NCBI GenBank assembly: GCA_963737265.1
Contig: CAVTRY010000022.1
Coordinates: 256,001 to 320,000, forward strand
Direction of reading: 5' to 3'
Source of the DNA: an uncultured delta proteobacterium
GTDB taxonomy: Bacteria > Myxococcota_A > Polyangia > Fen-1088
Length of the DNA stretch: 64,000 nt
The notes beneath the pieces are model-generated. The model saw nothing but the letters and a program-made list of their open reading frames with translations, made no database searches and was not told the origin of the DNA. The translations under genes were made by a program, and so were the position numbers. Below are positions 15,120 to 27,042 of the stretch, one piece after another (position 1 is the first letter of the stretch; each line of letters starts with the position of its first letter).

Positions 15120-16129
15120 GAAAGCGGCAGCCCAGGATCGACGCTGAGGTCGAGCGCACCCCGCTCACCACGCTGGATGGCCCAGGTTCCCGCGAGAGCA
15201 ATCATGGCCGCGTTGTCCGTGCACAACGCGGGCGTGGGAATATAGAGAGTAAAACCGTCTTCATTCGCTGCCAGGGCCAGGGCCTGGCGCAAGCCACGGT
15301 TGGCTGCCACGCCTCCGCACACCACCAGATGCTGCAAGCCTTCGCGGGCAAGCGCGCGCCGAGCTTTGCGGACCAGAACGTCGACCACCGCCGCTTGAAA
15401 ACTGGCGCAAAAGTCCGCTCGTTCGCCTGCCTGCGGTCGCCCCTGCGATACCAACCGCGTAGCGACGGCGGTTTTGAGACCGGAGAACGAAAAATCCAAA
15501 TCCTCGCGACCCGGCAAGGCGCGCGGAAAGTGAAGCGTCGCCGGATTGCCATTCGCCGCCAGACGGTCGATCGCGATACCGCCGGGATACCCGAGACCGA
15601 GCAGCTTGGCGACTTTGTCGAACGCCTCACCCGCTGCATCGTCGCGCGTGGCTCCAAGGAGCGTGGTCTTCGCTTGTCCGTCCACCCGAAAGAGACTGGT
15701 GTGCCCACCCGAGACGAGCAAGGCGATATGGGGGAAGGGCGGCGCAGATGGGTTTTGTGGATGCTCGAGGTAGACCGCCGCCAGATGGCCGCGCAGATGG
15801 TTGACCCCGACGACGGGCTTGCCGATGGCGTAGGCGAGAGATTTTCCTATCTCCAGACCGACCAGCAGAGGTCCCACCAGCCCCGGTCCGCAAGTCGCGG
15901 CGATTCCATCGAGCTGGCCCGTGTCCGTTTCGGCGTCGCGCAAGGCCCGGCGTACAACCTTGACCACGGTGGCGAGATGCTGGCGCGACGCCACTTCGGG
16001 CACGACACCGCCGTATTCGGCGTGGACGAGCACCTGGGACGAAACGACGTTCGAGCGAATGGTCCGCCCGTTCTCGATGACGGCCGCCGCGGTCTCGTCG
16101 CACGAAGTCTCGATTCCCAGGATCAGCAC
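15116..16129 (-). CDS. tsaD: tRNA t6A threonylcarbamoyltransferase
   Basis: LGIETSCDET, GGVVPE, NHLRGH, SGGHT, DDAAGEAFDK, FSFSGLK, TDNAAMIA. Confidence 0.97.
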   Translation of the reverse strand: MLILGIETSCDETAAAVIENGRTIRSNVVSSQVLVHAEYGGVVPEVASRQHLATVVKVVRRALRDAETDTGQLDGIAATCGPGLVGPLLVGLEIGKSLAYAIGKPVVGVNHLRGHLAAVYLEHPQNPSAPPFPHIALLVSGGHTSLFRVDGQAKTTLLGATRDDAAGEAFDKVAKLLGLGYPGGIAIDRLAANGNPATLHFPRALPGREDLDFSFSGLKTAVATRLVSQGRPQAGERADFCASFQAAVVDVLVRKARRALAREGLQHLVVCGGVAANRGLRQALALAANEDGFTLYIPTPALCTDNAAMIALAGTWAIQRGERGALDLSVDPGLPLS

Positions 16130-16155
16130 TGCTAGACGTTTCGGCGGGTTCGCGG

Positions 16156-18945
16156 TTACAGATTGTTCAGAATAGCGCGCAGCTCGCGCGCGAAAGGCCC
16201 GGTCGGCGCCAAGTCCAAGTATTTCTTGTACGCCGCGCGCGCCTCGTCGATTTTTCCCGCTTCCTGCTCGGCATTGCCGAGGAGAACGTAGGCGTCGAAG
16301 CGTTGCGTGTCGGTCGCAATCGCCTTCCTCGCCAGGTTTCGTGCTTCCAGCAGGTGGCCACGATCGAGCTCGGCTCGCGCCAAGATCACCATGATCTCCG
16401 CCCCGTTCGGATTGGCGTCGAGTGCGGATCGGCAAGCAACCGCGACTTCCTTAGCCTTGCCCTTCCCGCTGGCGTCCACTTCTAGACACTTGCCGCGTAG
16501 TAGGGCAGGCTTGAGGATGGTGCCGCCCGTCGGTTTCGCTGCGACCGCGAGCTTGGCGCTCTCGGGTGGACGGGCTGGACTAGGCGGCGCGGGCAACGCA
16601 ACGGCGAGCGGCGCGGACGCTGAAGCTGCGTCGGGCCGCGGAATTTCCCGCCCAATAAGCACCACGAGGGCGGCCGCGCCAACAGAGAATGAGCCAAAGA
16701 GGATAAGCCAAACCTGCCGCGATGCTGTGGACTTCTTGGCCGTCCGCGGTTTGGCAATCTTGGCGGGAAGAACTTGCAGTGGAGCGTTTCCAGCCGGTGG
16801 CTGGCCGGTCACTGCCGTCGCAGGCGGGCTCCGAGGGGCGGGCGCGACTTCACCGTGGGCCACCTCGGCCGGCACGAAATCCGCGGACAGAATTTCGTTG
16901 GTCGCGAGCACAGGCACCGACGCCTTGAGCCCCTCTGACTTTGGCAGAGCCTTGGGCACAGGCGCGGGCTTGCCCGACAGAGCGGGCGCGGCCTCTGCCG
17001 GCGCCGAGAGCTTCGCGACGTTGCCTTGGATCGCGTCGGCATCGCGACTGTCCGCCGCAGCTGGCGTGGAATCGGTCAGCGGCGGAGCCGGAGCTGGCGC
17101 ATACGCGTCGACGGCTTTCTTGTCGGACGGATCCTTGGCGGATGTTACCTCCTTGGCCGGCCTGGTATCCCAGGCGCCCCAGTCCACTTCCTGCGCAGGC
17201 CGCTCGGGCTGGGGTACTACTGAGGCTTCGGGCCTGATTTCGCGAGAGGACACCGCACCGTCGACCAAGGCGGCAGCATTGCCGTGCTCGCGCGCGTTTC
17301 GGTCGTTCTGCGCGGACCCCTCGACTCTGGCTTCCTCCTCGGCAATTGCCTCGTGCATGGCCGATGCGCGCAGGGCGGAGTCTTCACTGAGAAGTCGCTC
17401 GGCCACGCCGAGCGGCTTCGTCGTTCGCTGCTCCGGCGTAATCGACCCTTCGGCGGTGACGGTGCGAGCAGCGGTTTCCGCAACCGGCTCGCGCGGGGAT
17501 TGCAAATTTGCATCCTCATCCTGCTCGCCAAACAGGTTGTCGATGGGCTGGCCTTTGAGAGTCGCCGGGGGCTGCAAGAATTCGTTGCTCCCCTCTGTCG
17601 TTGCATCAAGCCCCGGCTGTAGCGCTGCCGCCATGGTCTCTTCGCCGGAGAGGACGTTCGCGAGGGGCGCAACCGGGACTTCGGGCGGACGATTGTGCGC
17701 TCCGCTGCGGTCATCGCCTTCAGAAATCGCCCCCAAGATGTGAGACGCAGTCTCATCGCCCTGTCCGCCCTCAACTCGATACTCTTCTCGATGCTCTTCG
17801 CCCTGGTGTCGCGTGGGTGCGGGTGTCCGGGCCGGCACGACGTCCTCGTCCTGCCCGAGCTCCAACGGCGTGGCGAACTCCGAGGACGTGCCGACATCTT
17901 CCGCAGCGGCGCCATCTTCCGCGTCACCTTCGGACAACCAACGCGCCAGCCGCTCGCCCGGTTCGGATTCACCACTTCGGGCAGGGGCCTCTCGTGCAAA
18001 GACAATTTGTTGCCTGTAGAGCTTGCTGATGATGGTGAGGGCTTCGAGATCGGGCTGGTCGCAGTCCTCCACAACCTCTTGCAGCGTTCGCGCGCCGTCG
18101 CACAGCCGCAGCACCGAATTCATTTCGTCGGGTAGCTCCGCCAATTCCTCGGCCAGAACCCGGCAGTCCACCTCGAGAACGCTGGTTGGGCCAGGGAAGG
18201 TCTCGAGCAGATGCGTGCTCTCGTCGAGTCTGCGCATCCCTTCCATCAGCAGCGGCGCCATCGGTACGTCGATGACATCGTGGCGGCGAATCTGTTTGAA
18301 CTCGACGGCGAATTGACCTTCGGACCAAGAGAACAGCCGGTAAAGTGCGTGGGCGCCAGACAGGCGTCCAACCTCGGCGTCGATGACTTTTCCGTCGCGG
18401 AAGAAGATGGATCCGCGGCGATTATCGCGATTCACGATATGGATGATGCCCGACTTGCGGTTGAGCTCGATGGTTTGGACCAGGTCGACCACGCCAACAT
18501 CGGAGAGGTCGCCGGCGAATCGCGTCCGCCCCTCGCGACGCGACTCCATCCGCTCGCGCTCGGCTCGCTGGAGGGCCGTGCGCACGCGAATTCCGATCTC
18601 CTTGATGTAGATCGGCTTAGTGAGGTAGTCGTCGACGCCGAGCTCGAGCCCGCGGATTTTGTCTTCGATCGACTTGCGACCTGAAACGAAGATGAAAGGA
18701 ATCTTGGCCCAATCCGTCCTGGCCTTGATTTGACTACAAAGATCGAACCCATCCATTTCGTCGAGATCGGTGTCGGAGATAATTAGGTCGGGGACAGCGG
18801 ACTCCAGCGCTGTCATGGCCTCTCGGCCACTCGTAGCAGTGCTCACTTCAAAGCCAGCCTTCTTGAGGCTGACGTCGAGCACTCGAAGACTCTTGGGATC
18901 GCCGTCGACAAGCAAAAGGCGGTTCTTTGACTGGGCTGAGTCCAT
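16156..18945 (-). CDS. response regulator: REC, DUF4388, low-complexity linker, TM, TPR
   Basis: N-terminal receiver (DLIISD...DDYLTKP); DUF4388-like FAGDLSDVGVVDLVQ...GSIFFRDGKV; hydrophobic helix; C-terminal TPR helices. Confidence 0.85.
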   Translation of the reverse strand: MDSAQSKNRLLLVDGDPKSLRVLDVSLKKAGFEVSTATSGREAMTALESAVPDLIISDTDLDEMDGFDLCSQIKARTDWAKIPFIFVSGRKSIEDKIRGLELGVDDYLTKPIYIKEIGIRVRTALQRAERERMESRREGRTRFAGDLSDVGVVDLVQTIELNRKSGIIHIVNRDNRRGSIFFRDGKVIDAEVGRLSGAHALYRLFSWSEGQFAVEFKQIRRHDVIDVPMAPLLMEGMRRLDESTHLLETFPGPTSVLEVDCRVLAEELAELPDEMNSVLRLCDGARTLQEVVEDCDQPDLEALTIISKLYRQQIVFAREAPARSGESEPGERLARWLSEGDAEDGAAAEDVGTSSEFATPLELGQDEDVVPARTPAPTRHQGEEHREEYRVEGGQGDETASHILGAISEGDDRSGAHNRPPEVPVAPLANVLSGEETMAAALQPGLDATTEGSNEFLQPPATLKGQPIDNLFGEQDEDANLQSPREPVAETAARTVTAEGSITPEQRTTKPLGVAERLLSEDSALRASAMHEAIAEEEARVEGSAQNDRNAREHGNAAALVDGAVSSREIRPEASVVPQPERPAQEVDWGAWDTRPAKEVTSAKDPSDKKAVDAYAPAPAPPLTDSTPAAADSRDADAIQGNVAKLSAPAEAAPALSGKPAPVPKALPKSEGLKASVPVLATNEILSADFVPAEVAHGEVAPAPRSPPATAVTGQPPAGNAPLQVLPAKIAKPRTAKKSTASRQVWLILFGSFSVGAAALVVLIGREIPRPDAASASAPLAVALPAPPSPARPPESAKLAVAAKPTGGTILKPALLRGKCLEVDASGKGKAKEVAVACRSALDANPNGAEIMVILARAELDRGHLLEARNLARKAIATDTQRFDAYVLLGNAEQEAGKIDEARAAYKKYLDLAPTGPFARELRAILNNL

Positions 18946-19142
18946 ATCCGGAGCAGGCTCCGATTGTATCGCTCCTAGCGCGGCAGAGCTATCGCGGTTG
19001 AGTCGTGCCTGGGTTGAATAGTCGCCGATGGAGGCGACCTGGAGGGCGCATGGGGACATGGACAATGACGCGGAGATGGCGGTGGCGTCGAGGCTGCGGC
19101 ATCGGGCGTTCGATTGCGCGGCCTTTGTTCTACAATTGGGGA

Positions 19143-19757
19143 GTGTTTGATGAATTGGGAACGGAGATCAGAGAGATGGCCGAAAACTGGCGACTGGAAG
19201 TGACCGATGAGGTGTTGAGCCAGGTGTGCAAGTACCTGCGCCTTCTCTTGTTGTGGAACCGAAGCGTAAATCTAACTGGAGCGGCGGGCTTGGCGGATCT
19301 TGTTTGCGACCATCTCCCCGACAGCTTCGGGCTGTCCCGGCTCACCCCTGCTGGCGCGAGAGTCGTGGATGTCGGATCAGGGGGTGGCCTGCCCGCAATC
19401 CCGTTTGCTATTTTGCGACCGGATTGCACGGCCACGCTGATCGAACCTCGAGCAAGGCGGGTGGCATTTCTAAATGCGGCCAGAAGAGAGCTCAGTTGCA
19501 GGAACATCACCGTGGTTCGGGGCAGAGTCGCCGATGTCTCCGGGGCGTCCTTTGATGTTGCCGCTTCGCGTGCCACTTTTCCTCCTGCGGAGTGGCTGAA
19601 GCAATCTGAGCGGTTGGTTTGCGCCAGCGGTCGATGCATCGTTTTCGGTACCCGTTCGGTTGGCGTTGCCGAGACAGCGGCGCCACTGGTTGAGGAACTG
19701 ACGTACCGGACGAAGAGCGGAGCACCCAGGTGGCTGGGCGCCTATTGTTTCACGTGA
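19143..19757 (+). CDS. rsmG: 16S rRNA m7G527 methyltransferase
   Basis: WNRSVNLT, HLPDS, DVGSGGGLPAIP, SRA. Start uncertain. Confidence 0.92.
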   Translation: MFDELGTEIREMAENWRLEVTDEVLSQVCKYLRLLLLWNRSVNLTGAAGLADLVCDHLPDSFGLSRLTPAGARVVDVGSGGGLPAIPFAILRPDCTATLIEPRARRVAFLNAARRELSCRNITVVRGRVADVSGASFDVAASRATFPPAEWLKQSERLVCASGRCIVFGTRSVGVAETAAPLVEELTYRTKSGAPRWLGAYCFT

Positions 19758-19761
19758 AACA
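19746..19761. promoter_or_regulatory. parS: parS centromere site
   Basis: Perfect 16-bp palindrome TGTTTCACGTGAAACA overlapping the rsmG stop codon, about 8.5 kb from oriC. Confidence 0.93.
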
Positions 19762-19821
19762 GTCCCGGTTCTTAAAGAGCGTTGACTCCAGTCCCTCACC
19801 CCTCCAGATTCCTCCACAACC

Positions 19822-21019
19822 GTGTCGTCCTCCCTCAACGATCAACTTGCCTCCGAGCTCCAGACCCTCCGAGAGACTAACCGCTTCCGAGCATGCCCCA
19901 ACCTCGCCGGCCTATCTCGCATTCACGTCTCTCTGGACGGCCGCGACCACATATCCTTCTGTTCCAACGACTACCTCGGACTTGCTTGCCATCCTGATCT
20001 CTCCGAGGCCGCACGACAGGCGATGACCTCGTCAGGCTTTGGTGCGGGCGGCGCTAGGCTCATAAGCGGGAACCTGCCTCAACACCGATCACTCGAAGAA
20101 GGCAATCGCGGTCCTCGTCAACCTCCCCAGGGCTCTACTCTTTCCAACCGGCTACCAAGCCAACCTCGGCGTGCTCACCGCATTGGCCGGCCCGCAGGAT
20201 CTCATCGTCGCCGATCGTGCCGTTCACGCCAGTCTCATCGATGGCTGCCGCCTTTCTCGCGCCAAATTGGCCATCTATCCCCACCTTAAGCTCGACACCG
20301 CCGAGAAACACCTGCGCCGCCTCGGTCCCAGCGCACGCCGCCGCTTTCTGGTGACGGAGTCTCTCTTCAGCATGGACGGAGACCTCGCCCCGCTCCCTGC
20401 CCTCGCCTCGCTCACTGCCACCTACGATGCCGCACTCGTCGTCGATGAGGCACACGCCATCGGCACAATTGGCCCTTCCGGAGCCGGGCTTTGCGCTCAC
20501 TACGGCGTCGTGCCTGATATCCTTGTCGGGACTCTCGGCAAAGCAGCCGGTGCTAGCGGCGCCTTCGTCGCCGGAGCATCTCTCCTCTGCGACTACCTCA
20601 CCAATCGTGCCCGTTCGTTTATCTTCACCACTGCCCTACCACCCCCGGTCGCCGCCGCCGCCGAAGCCGGGCTCCGGATTCTCTCCTCTCCGCACGGCGA
20701 CTCTCGCCGTCAAACTCTTCGCGCTCTCATCACCCAGCTCCGCACTGACATCTCTCTTCCCAACGATCGAGAGCCAACTCCCATAATCCCCATCCTCCTC
20801 GGCAGCGAAGCAGCCGCTCTTCACGCTTCCGACCATCTGCGAAGGCACGGATTCATAATACCCGCAATTCGCCCGCCAGCGGTGCGAGAGGGAACATCCC
20901 GCCTGCGCCTCACGCTCTCTGCACTCCACACTCCCCACGACGTATTTTCCCTGGGGGCTGCCCTGACTGCCTACCTACGCCCCCCACGAAGCACCTTCCG
21001 AACACCCCAACCCAGCTAG
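19822..21019 (+). pseudogene. bioF: 8-amino-7-oxononanoate synthase with a +1 frameshift near 20100 (possible sequencing error)
   Basis: First frame has FCSNDYLGLA...GARLISG...HRSLEE; it continues in the +1 frame as AIAVLVNLPRALLFPTGYQAN...HASLIDG...ESLFSMDGD...DEAH...GTLGKA. Confidence 0.85.
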
Positions 21020-21071
21020 AAAATATTCAATCCTTCCCCCACTTACGACCCAAACAGCCGAAGCACCTGCC

Positions 21072-21800
21072 ATCGAAACCCCCGGACTCATCATCGTCGG
21101 AACCGACACCGGCGTCGGAAAAACCACCGTCGCAGCAGCTCTCCTTCGCATGCTCTTCGAGGCCGGCCACCGTCCCGCACCCCTCAAGCCCGTCGAGACA
21201 GGTGCGGATCCTCGACCCCTGGACGCCATCCGCCTTCGTTCTGCAGCAGGTCGAGAGGACCTGCCCCTTTCAATCGTCTGTCCGGTCTCTCTGCCAGATC
21301 CCGTCGCCCCGGCGGCCGCCGCCAAAGCAGCGCGAGTCACGATAACGCTCTCAAACCTCCTTGCCTGCGCCGCAAACAGTGCACACCACGGGTCTCCCCT
21401 CATCGTCGAGTCCGCCGGCGGCCTTCTGTCTCCCTACGCGCCCGGCCTAACCACCGCTGACCTCGCTGCCGCTTTGCACCTTCCTCTTCTTCTCATCTCT
21501 CGCAACGCCCTCGGCACCGTCAATCACACCGCCCTCGCCATCGCCGAGATCCGCCGCCGCGCGCTGCCGCTGCTCGGTATTGTTCTCGTCAATACTCACC
21601 CTACCCCGTCGCCCGATCAGGAGTCTAACTCTTCCCTCATCGAAGACATCACAGGGCTTTCACCGCTGGGCATCCTTCCGTATCTACCATCCAGGGAACC
21701 TCCGAACCTAGCCGCCGCTCTCCGCAACAACATCGACACCCAACCAATCCTCGCCGCTCTCCTCGCCCAGCCTCTGCCTCCCCCCTTTTCGGGAAAATGA
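21072..21800 (+). CDS. bioD: dethiobiotin synthase (no canonical start before the P-loop; possibly fused to BioF)
   Basis: IVGTDTGVGKT P-loop, LKPVETG, VESAGG, LGTVNHT. Confidence 0.88.
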   Translation: METPGLIIVGTDTGVGKTTVAAALLRMLFEAGHRPAPLKPVETGADPRPLDAIRLRSAAGREDLPLSIVCPVSLPDPVAPAAAAKAARVTITLSNLLACAANSAHHGSPLIVESAGGLLSPYAPGLTTADLAAALHLPLLLISRNALGTVNHTALAIAEIRRRALPLLGIVLVNTHPTPSPDQESNSSLIEDITGLSPLGILPYLPSREPPNLAAALRNNIDTQPILAALLAQPLPPPFSGK

Positions 21801-22251
21801 CCACGCGCCTCGCCGTTCCATCGCCCTCGGACTCTGTCGTTACGCCCGGATGCTCCGCCAGGGTGTGGTGCACGACTTTCCGGTCCTGAGCACTCATTGG
21901 CTCCACGGGAACTGGTCTTCCGGACCTCACCGCCTTTTCCGCGAGCCTCCGTGCCAGGTCGACCAGCGAATCTTCCCGCCGACCCCGGTACCCCTCTGCG
22001 TCAACAACGATTGGCGACGCATCGCCCGGCGTCCGAAAAACTATCCGACTAACCAAATACTGTAATGCGTCTAACGTCGCGCCCTTCTTCCCAATTACCA
22101 GCCCGGACTCCGATCCGTGCGCATCCAGGATGATTCTCTCGCCGTCGTCAAACGCGCTCACTTCAGCGTCAACTCGCATTCTTTCCAGGATTTCCCGCAA
22201 AACTCTCGCTGCTTCCTCGCGCTTCTCGGTCAACGTGCTTCGCTCTGTCAT
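21649..22251 (-). CDS. jag: Jag/KhpB RNA-binding protein (KH + R3H, no Jag_N)
   Basis: VIGKKGATLDALQYL, DAEGYR, PMSAQDRKVVH, TESEG. Confidence 0.92.
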   Translation of the reverse strand: MTERSTLTEKREEAARVLREILERMRVDAEVSAFDDGERIILDAHGSESGLVIGKKGATLDALQYLVSRIVFRTPGDASPIVVDAEGYRGRREDSLVDLARRLAEKAVRSGRPVPVEPMSAQDRKVVHHTLAEHPGVTTESEGDGTARRVVIFPKRGEAEAGRGERRGLVGCRCCCGERRLGSEVPWMVDTEGCPAVKAL

Positions 22252-22727
22252 CTGCTCTCCAAACTAGATGCTGAAACTGGCTATTGGGGTCGGCAACGGA
22301 GGCCCCGCGCTACCGTTGTCCCTTGCCAGCGTAGCAATTCTCGAAAACTGACCGCCTCCCCAATCTCCCTCTGCGCCAACTTCCCCGCCCTTGCCCCGAG
22401 TCCATCTTGAAACCCCTCTTCTTTCCTTCGACCCAGCGCGCCCACTCACGCTACCATTATCGCCACCAGCGCGTCCTCGGCCATCCCCGCCCATGCCCAC
22501 TGGGGGCCTCCTGCTGTTCTCCGATTCTGCCTTCCGCGTTCGCACCTTAGTAAGCCACGTAGGAGAAAACCCTACCTTTCCGTGCCCAACTTTGTCAATA
22601 TTCACTCAGTCCAACATTACCCCTCTTCACTTATCTTCCATCTTGAACCGGGCGCCAACCGACATCTCTCCGACCTGGCTCCCCCCGGCGCGCGGCACTC
22701 CGAATGGATGCTAGCACTCCTTTTCGC

Positions 22728-22756
22728 TTGACTCGCTTAAGTTATCGAGGTAGAGT
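22728..22756 (+). promoter_or_regulatory. sigma70-type promoter of carD
   Basis: TTGACT-N17-TAGAGT upstream of an AGGAG SD. Confidence 0.6.
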
Positions 22757-22812
22757 ACGCGCGCCTCGGTTGCTGAGGCGAATTAACAAAGGACCTACAG
22801 GAGAGCACCTAT

Positions 22813-23304
22813 ATGGAGCCCACTTTCCGCGTTGGTGATTTAGCGGTGTACCCGGCGCACGGCGTGGCCCAAGTCACTGGCATCGAGACTCGCGAAATCT
22901 CGTCTAGCAAACACACTTTCTACATCCTCAAAATTCTTGATAACGGCATGAAGATCATGATCCCGACCAAGAACGCCGGGGCTGTGGGTTTGCGAGAGCT
23001 GATTCGCGCTGACGAAGTCGACGAGGTCTTTGAGATTCTCAAGAGCCGCGAAATCTCGGTGGAGGGTCAGACCTGGAACCGCCGTTATCGCGAGTACATG
23101 GAGAAGATCAAGACCGGCTCGGTTTTCGAAATTGCCGAAGTCCTGCGCGACTTGCAGCGCCTCAAGGGAGACAAAGAGCTTTCCTTCGGCGAGCGCAAAA
23201 TGCTCGACACCGCGCGCACTCTCTTGGTGAAGGAAATTGCCGTCGCCACGAAATCGAACGAGGGCAAGATTGAAGAGAGGCTCAACCGTATCTTCGCCTG
23301 CTGA
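22813..23304 (+). CDS. carD: CarD/CdnL RNA polymerase-binding regulator
   Basis: FRVGDLAVYPAHGV, WNRRYREYMEKIKTG, LSFGERKML. Confidence 0.95.
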   Translation: MEPTFRVGDLAVYPAHGVAQVTGIETREISSSKHTFYILKILDNGMKIMIPTKNAGAVGLRELIRADEVDEVFEILKSREISVEGQTWNRRYREYMEKIKTGSVFEIAEVLRDLQRLKGDKELSFGERKMLDTARTLLVKEIAVATKSNEGKIEERLNRIFAC

Positions 23305-23328
23305 CGACCCACGGCCCTCTCAACTTCC

Positions 23329-23357
23329 AGGCCCCGCCGGAACATCCCGCGGGGCCT
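23329..23357. terminator. hairpin between convergent carD and gyrB
   Basis: 9-bp stem AGGCCCCGC / GCGGGGCCT. Confidence 0.55.
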
Positions 23358-23399
23358 CTCCATTTTCTAAGCCTTCCTCAGGACTAGAAACTAGCCAGC

Positions 23400-25889
<2,490 letters not shown>

Positions 25890-25926
25890 TCATCGCTCGG
25901 GGGAGTAAAGCAAAACCAGTCGGGCC

Positions 25927-27024
25927 TTACGCGAGGGCAACCCGCCCGCCCGTCACCTGCCAGTCAATCCGTCCGGGCAAAGCTGGCAAATGCTCCCTCT
26001 CCGTAATCGTGATGAGAGTCTGACATGCCATGGAGGAAATCGTTTCAAAAAGACGAGTCCGCCTCTCATGGTCGAGCTCACTGGCTACATCGTCGAGAAA
26101 AAGCACAGGCGTCTCGCGGTTGCGTTCGCTCGCGTAATGAAGCTCTGCGATCTTGAGCGCGAGCACCAAGGAGCGCGTTTGTCCTTGCGAACCGTGGTCG
26201 CGAGCCTGGCGCCCCTCAAGAAAAATCTCCACATCGTCGGTCTGAGGTCCGAAGCCGGTAAAGCCTCTTCGTTCGTCCTGCGATCGCCCTTCCCTAAATC
26301 CCACCCTAAGAGCCTCCCCAATCTCCGATTCCGTTGTTGCCTCCTCCACCCGCGCATGGCTTCGATAGCGCAGGGACGCCTTTCGATCCCCGTGGATCTC
26401 GGAAAACGTCGCCGCGAATGTCGGAGCCAGCGCAGCCGCGACCTCGCGCCGGCGAAGAACAACCCGCGCGCCCGCTACCGCCAAAGTCTCGTCGTAACTC
26501 TCCAGCAGCTCACGTGGAAATCCTCCGCGTCGTAAAACACCATTGCGCGCTTTGAGCGCCCGTTCGAAGGTCAGCGCTTCGCGATAGTAGGAACGCCGAA
26601 TCGAGAAGACCGCTCTATCGAGTTCGCGCCGTCGTTCCGAAGCTGCCGCCTTGACCAGCTGCAAATCGTCTGGCGCAAAGACCACGATCCCCGCTCCGTC
26701 CAAGGACGCGGAATCGCGGCGAACCGTTTTGCCGTCGAGTCTGGTTGTCCTCTTCCCAACCGCCACTTGCACCCGCATCGACCTCTCTAGTCCCCGCAAG
26801 GTGAAACCAGCCTCGATGTCCGCGTTTTCCTTACCCCACAGGATGAGATCGGACGTGCTGCTTGTTCGGAAAGATCGGAACCCAATGACGTAATAGGCTC
26901 CTTCGAGAATGTTCGTCTTACCCTGCCCGTTCCTGCCAAAAAAAACCGTTACCCTAGGACCGAGCTCTATGCTCGCGTCCTCGAGGTTTCTCCAGCCCCT
27001 CAACCGTAGATGTCGTAGGACCAA
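25927..27024 (-). CDS. recF: DNA replication/repair protein RecF
   Basis: GRNGQGKTN, GSQGQ, LFLDDVASELD; located between dnaN and gyrB. Confidence 0.96.
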   Translation of the reverse strand: MVLRHLRLRGWRNLEDASIELGPRVTVFFGRNGQGKTNILEGAYYVIGFRSFRTSSTSDLILWGKENADIEAGFTLRGLERSMRVQVAVGKRTTRLDGKTVRRDSASLDGAGIVVFAPDDLQLVKAAASERRRELDRAVFSIRRSYYREALTFERALKARNGVLRRGGFPRELLESYDETLAVAGARVVLRRREVAAALAPTFAATFSEIHGDRKASLRYRSHARVEEATTESEIGEALRVGFREGRSQDERRGFTGFGPQTDDVEIFLEGRQARDHGSQGQTRSLVLALKIAELHYASERNRETPVLFLDDVASELDHERRTRLFETISSMACQTLITITEREHLPALPGRIDWQVTGGRVALA

Positions 27025-27042
27025 AGCCCTCGTGTCGCTTGG

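Noticed and set aside
22264-22714. ORFs in the jag-carD spacer as a missing Jag_N domain
   Set aside because: The translations are low-complexity products of the pyrimidine skew with no Jag_N resemblance.
22711-22737. Possible CIRCE element (CTAGCACTC half-site)
   Set aside because: The second arm GAGTGCTAA is absent at 9-bp spacing.
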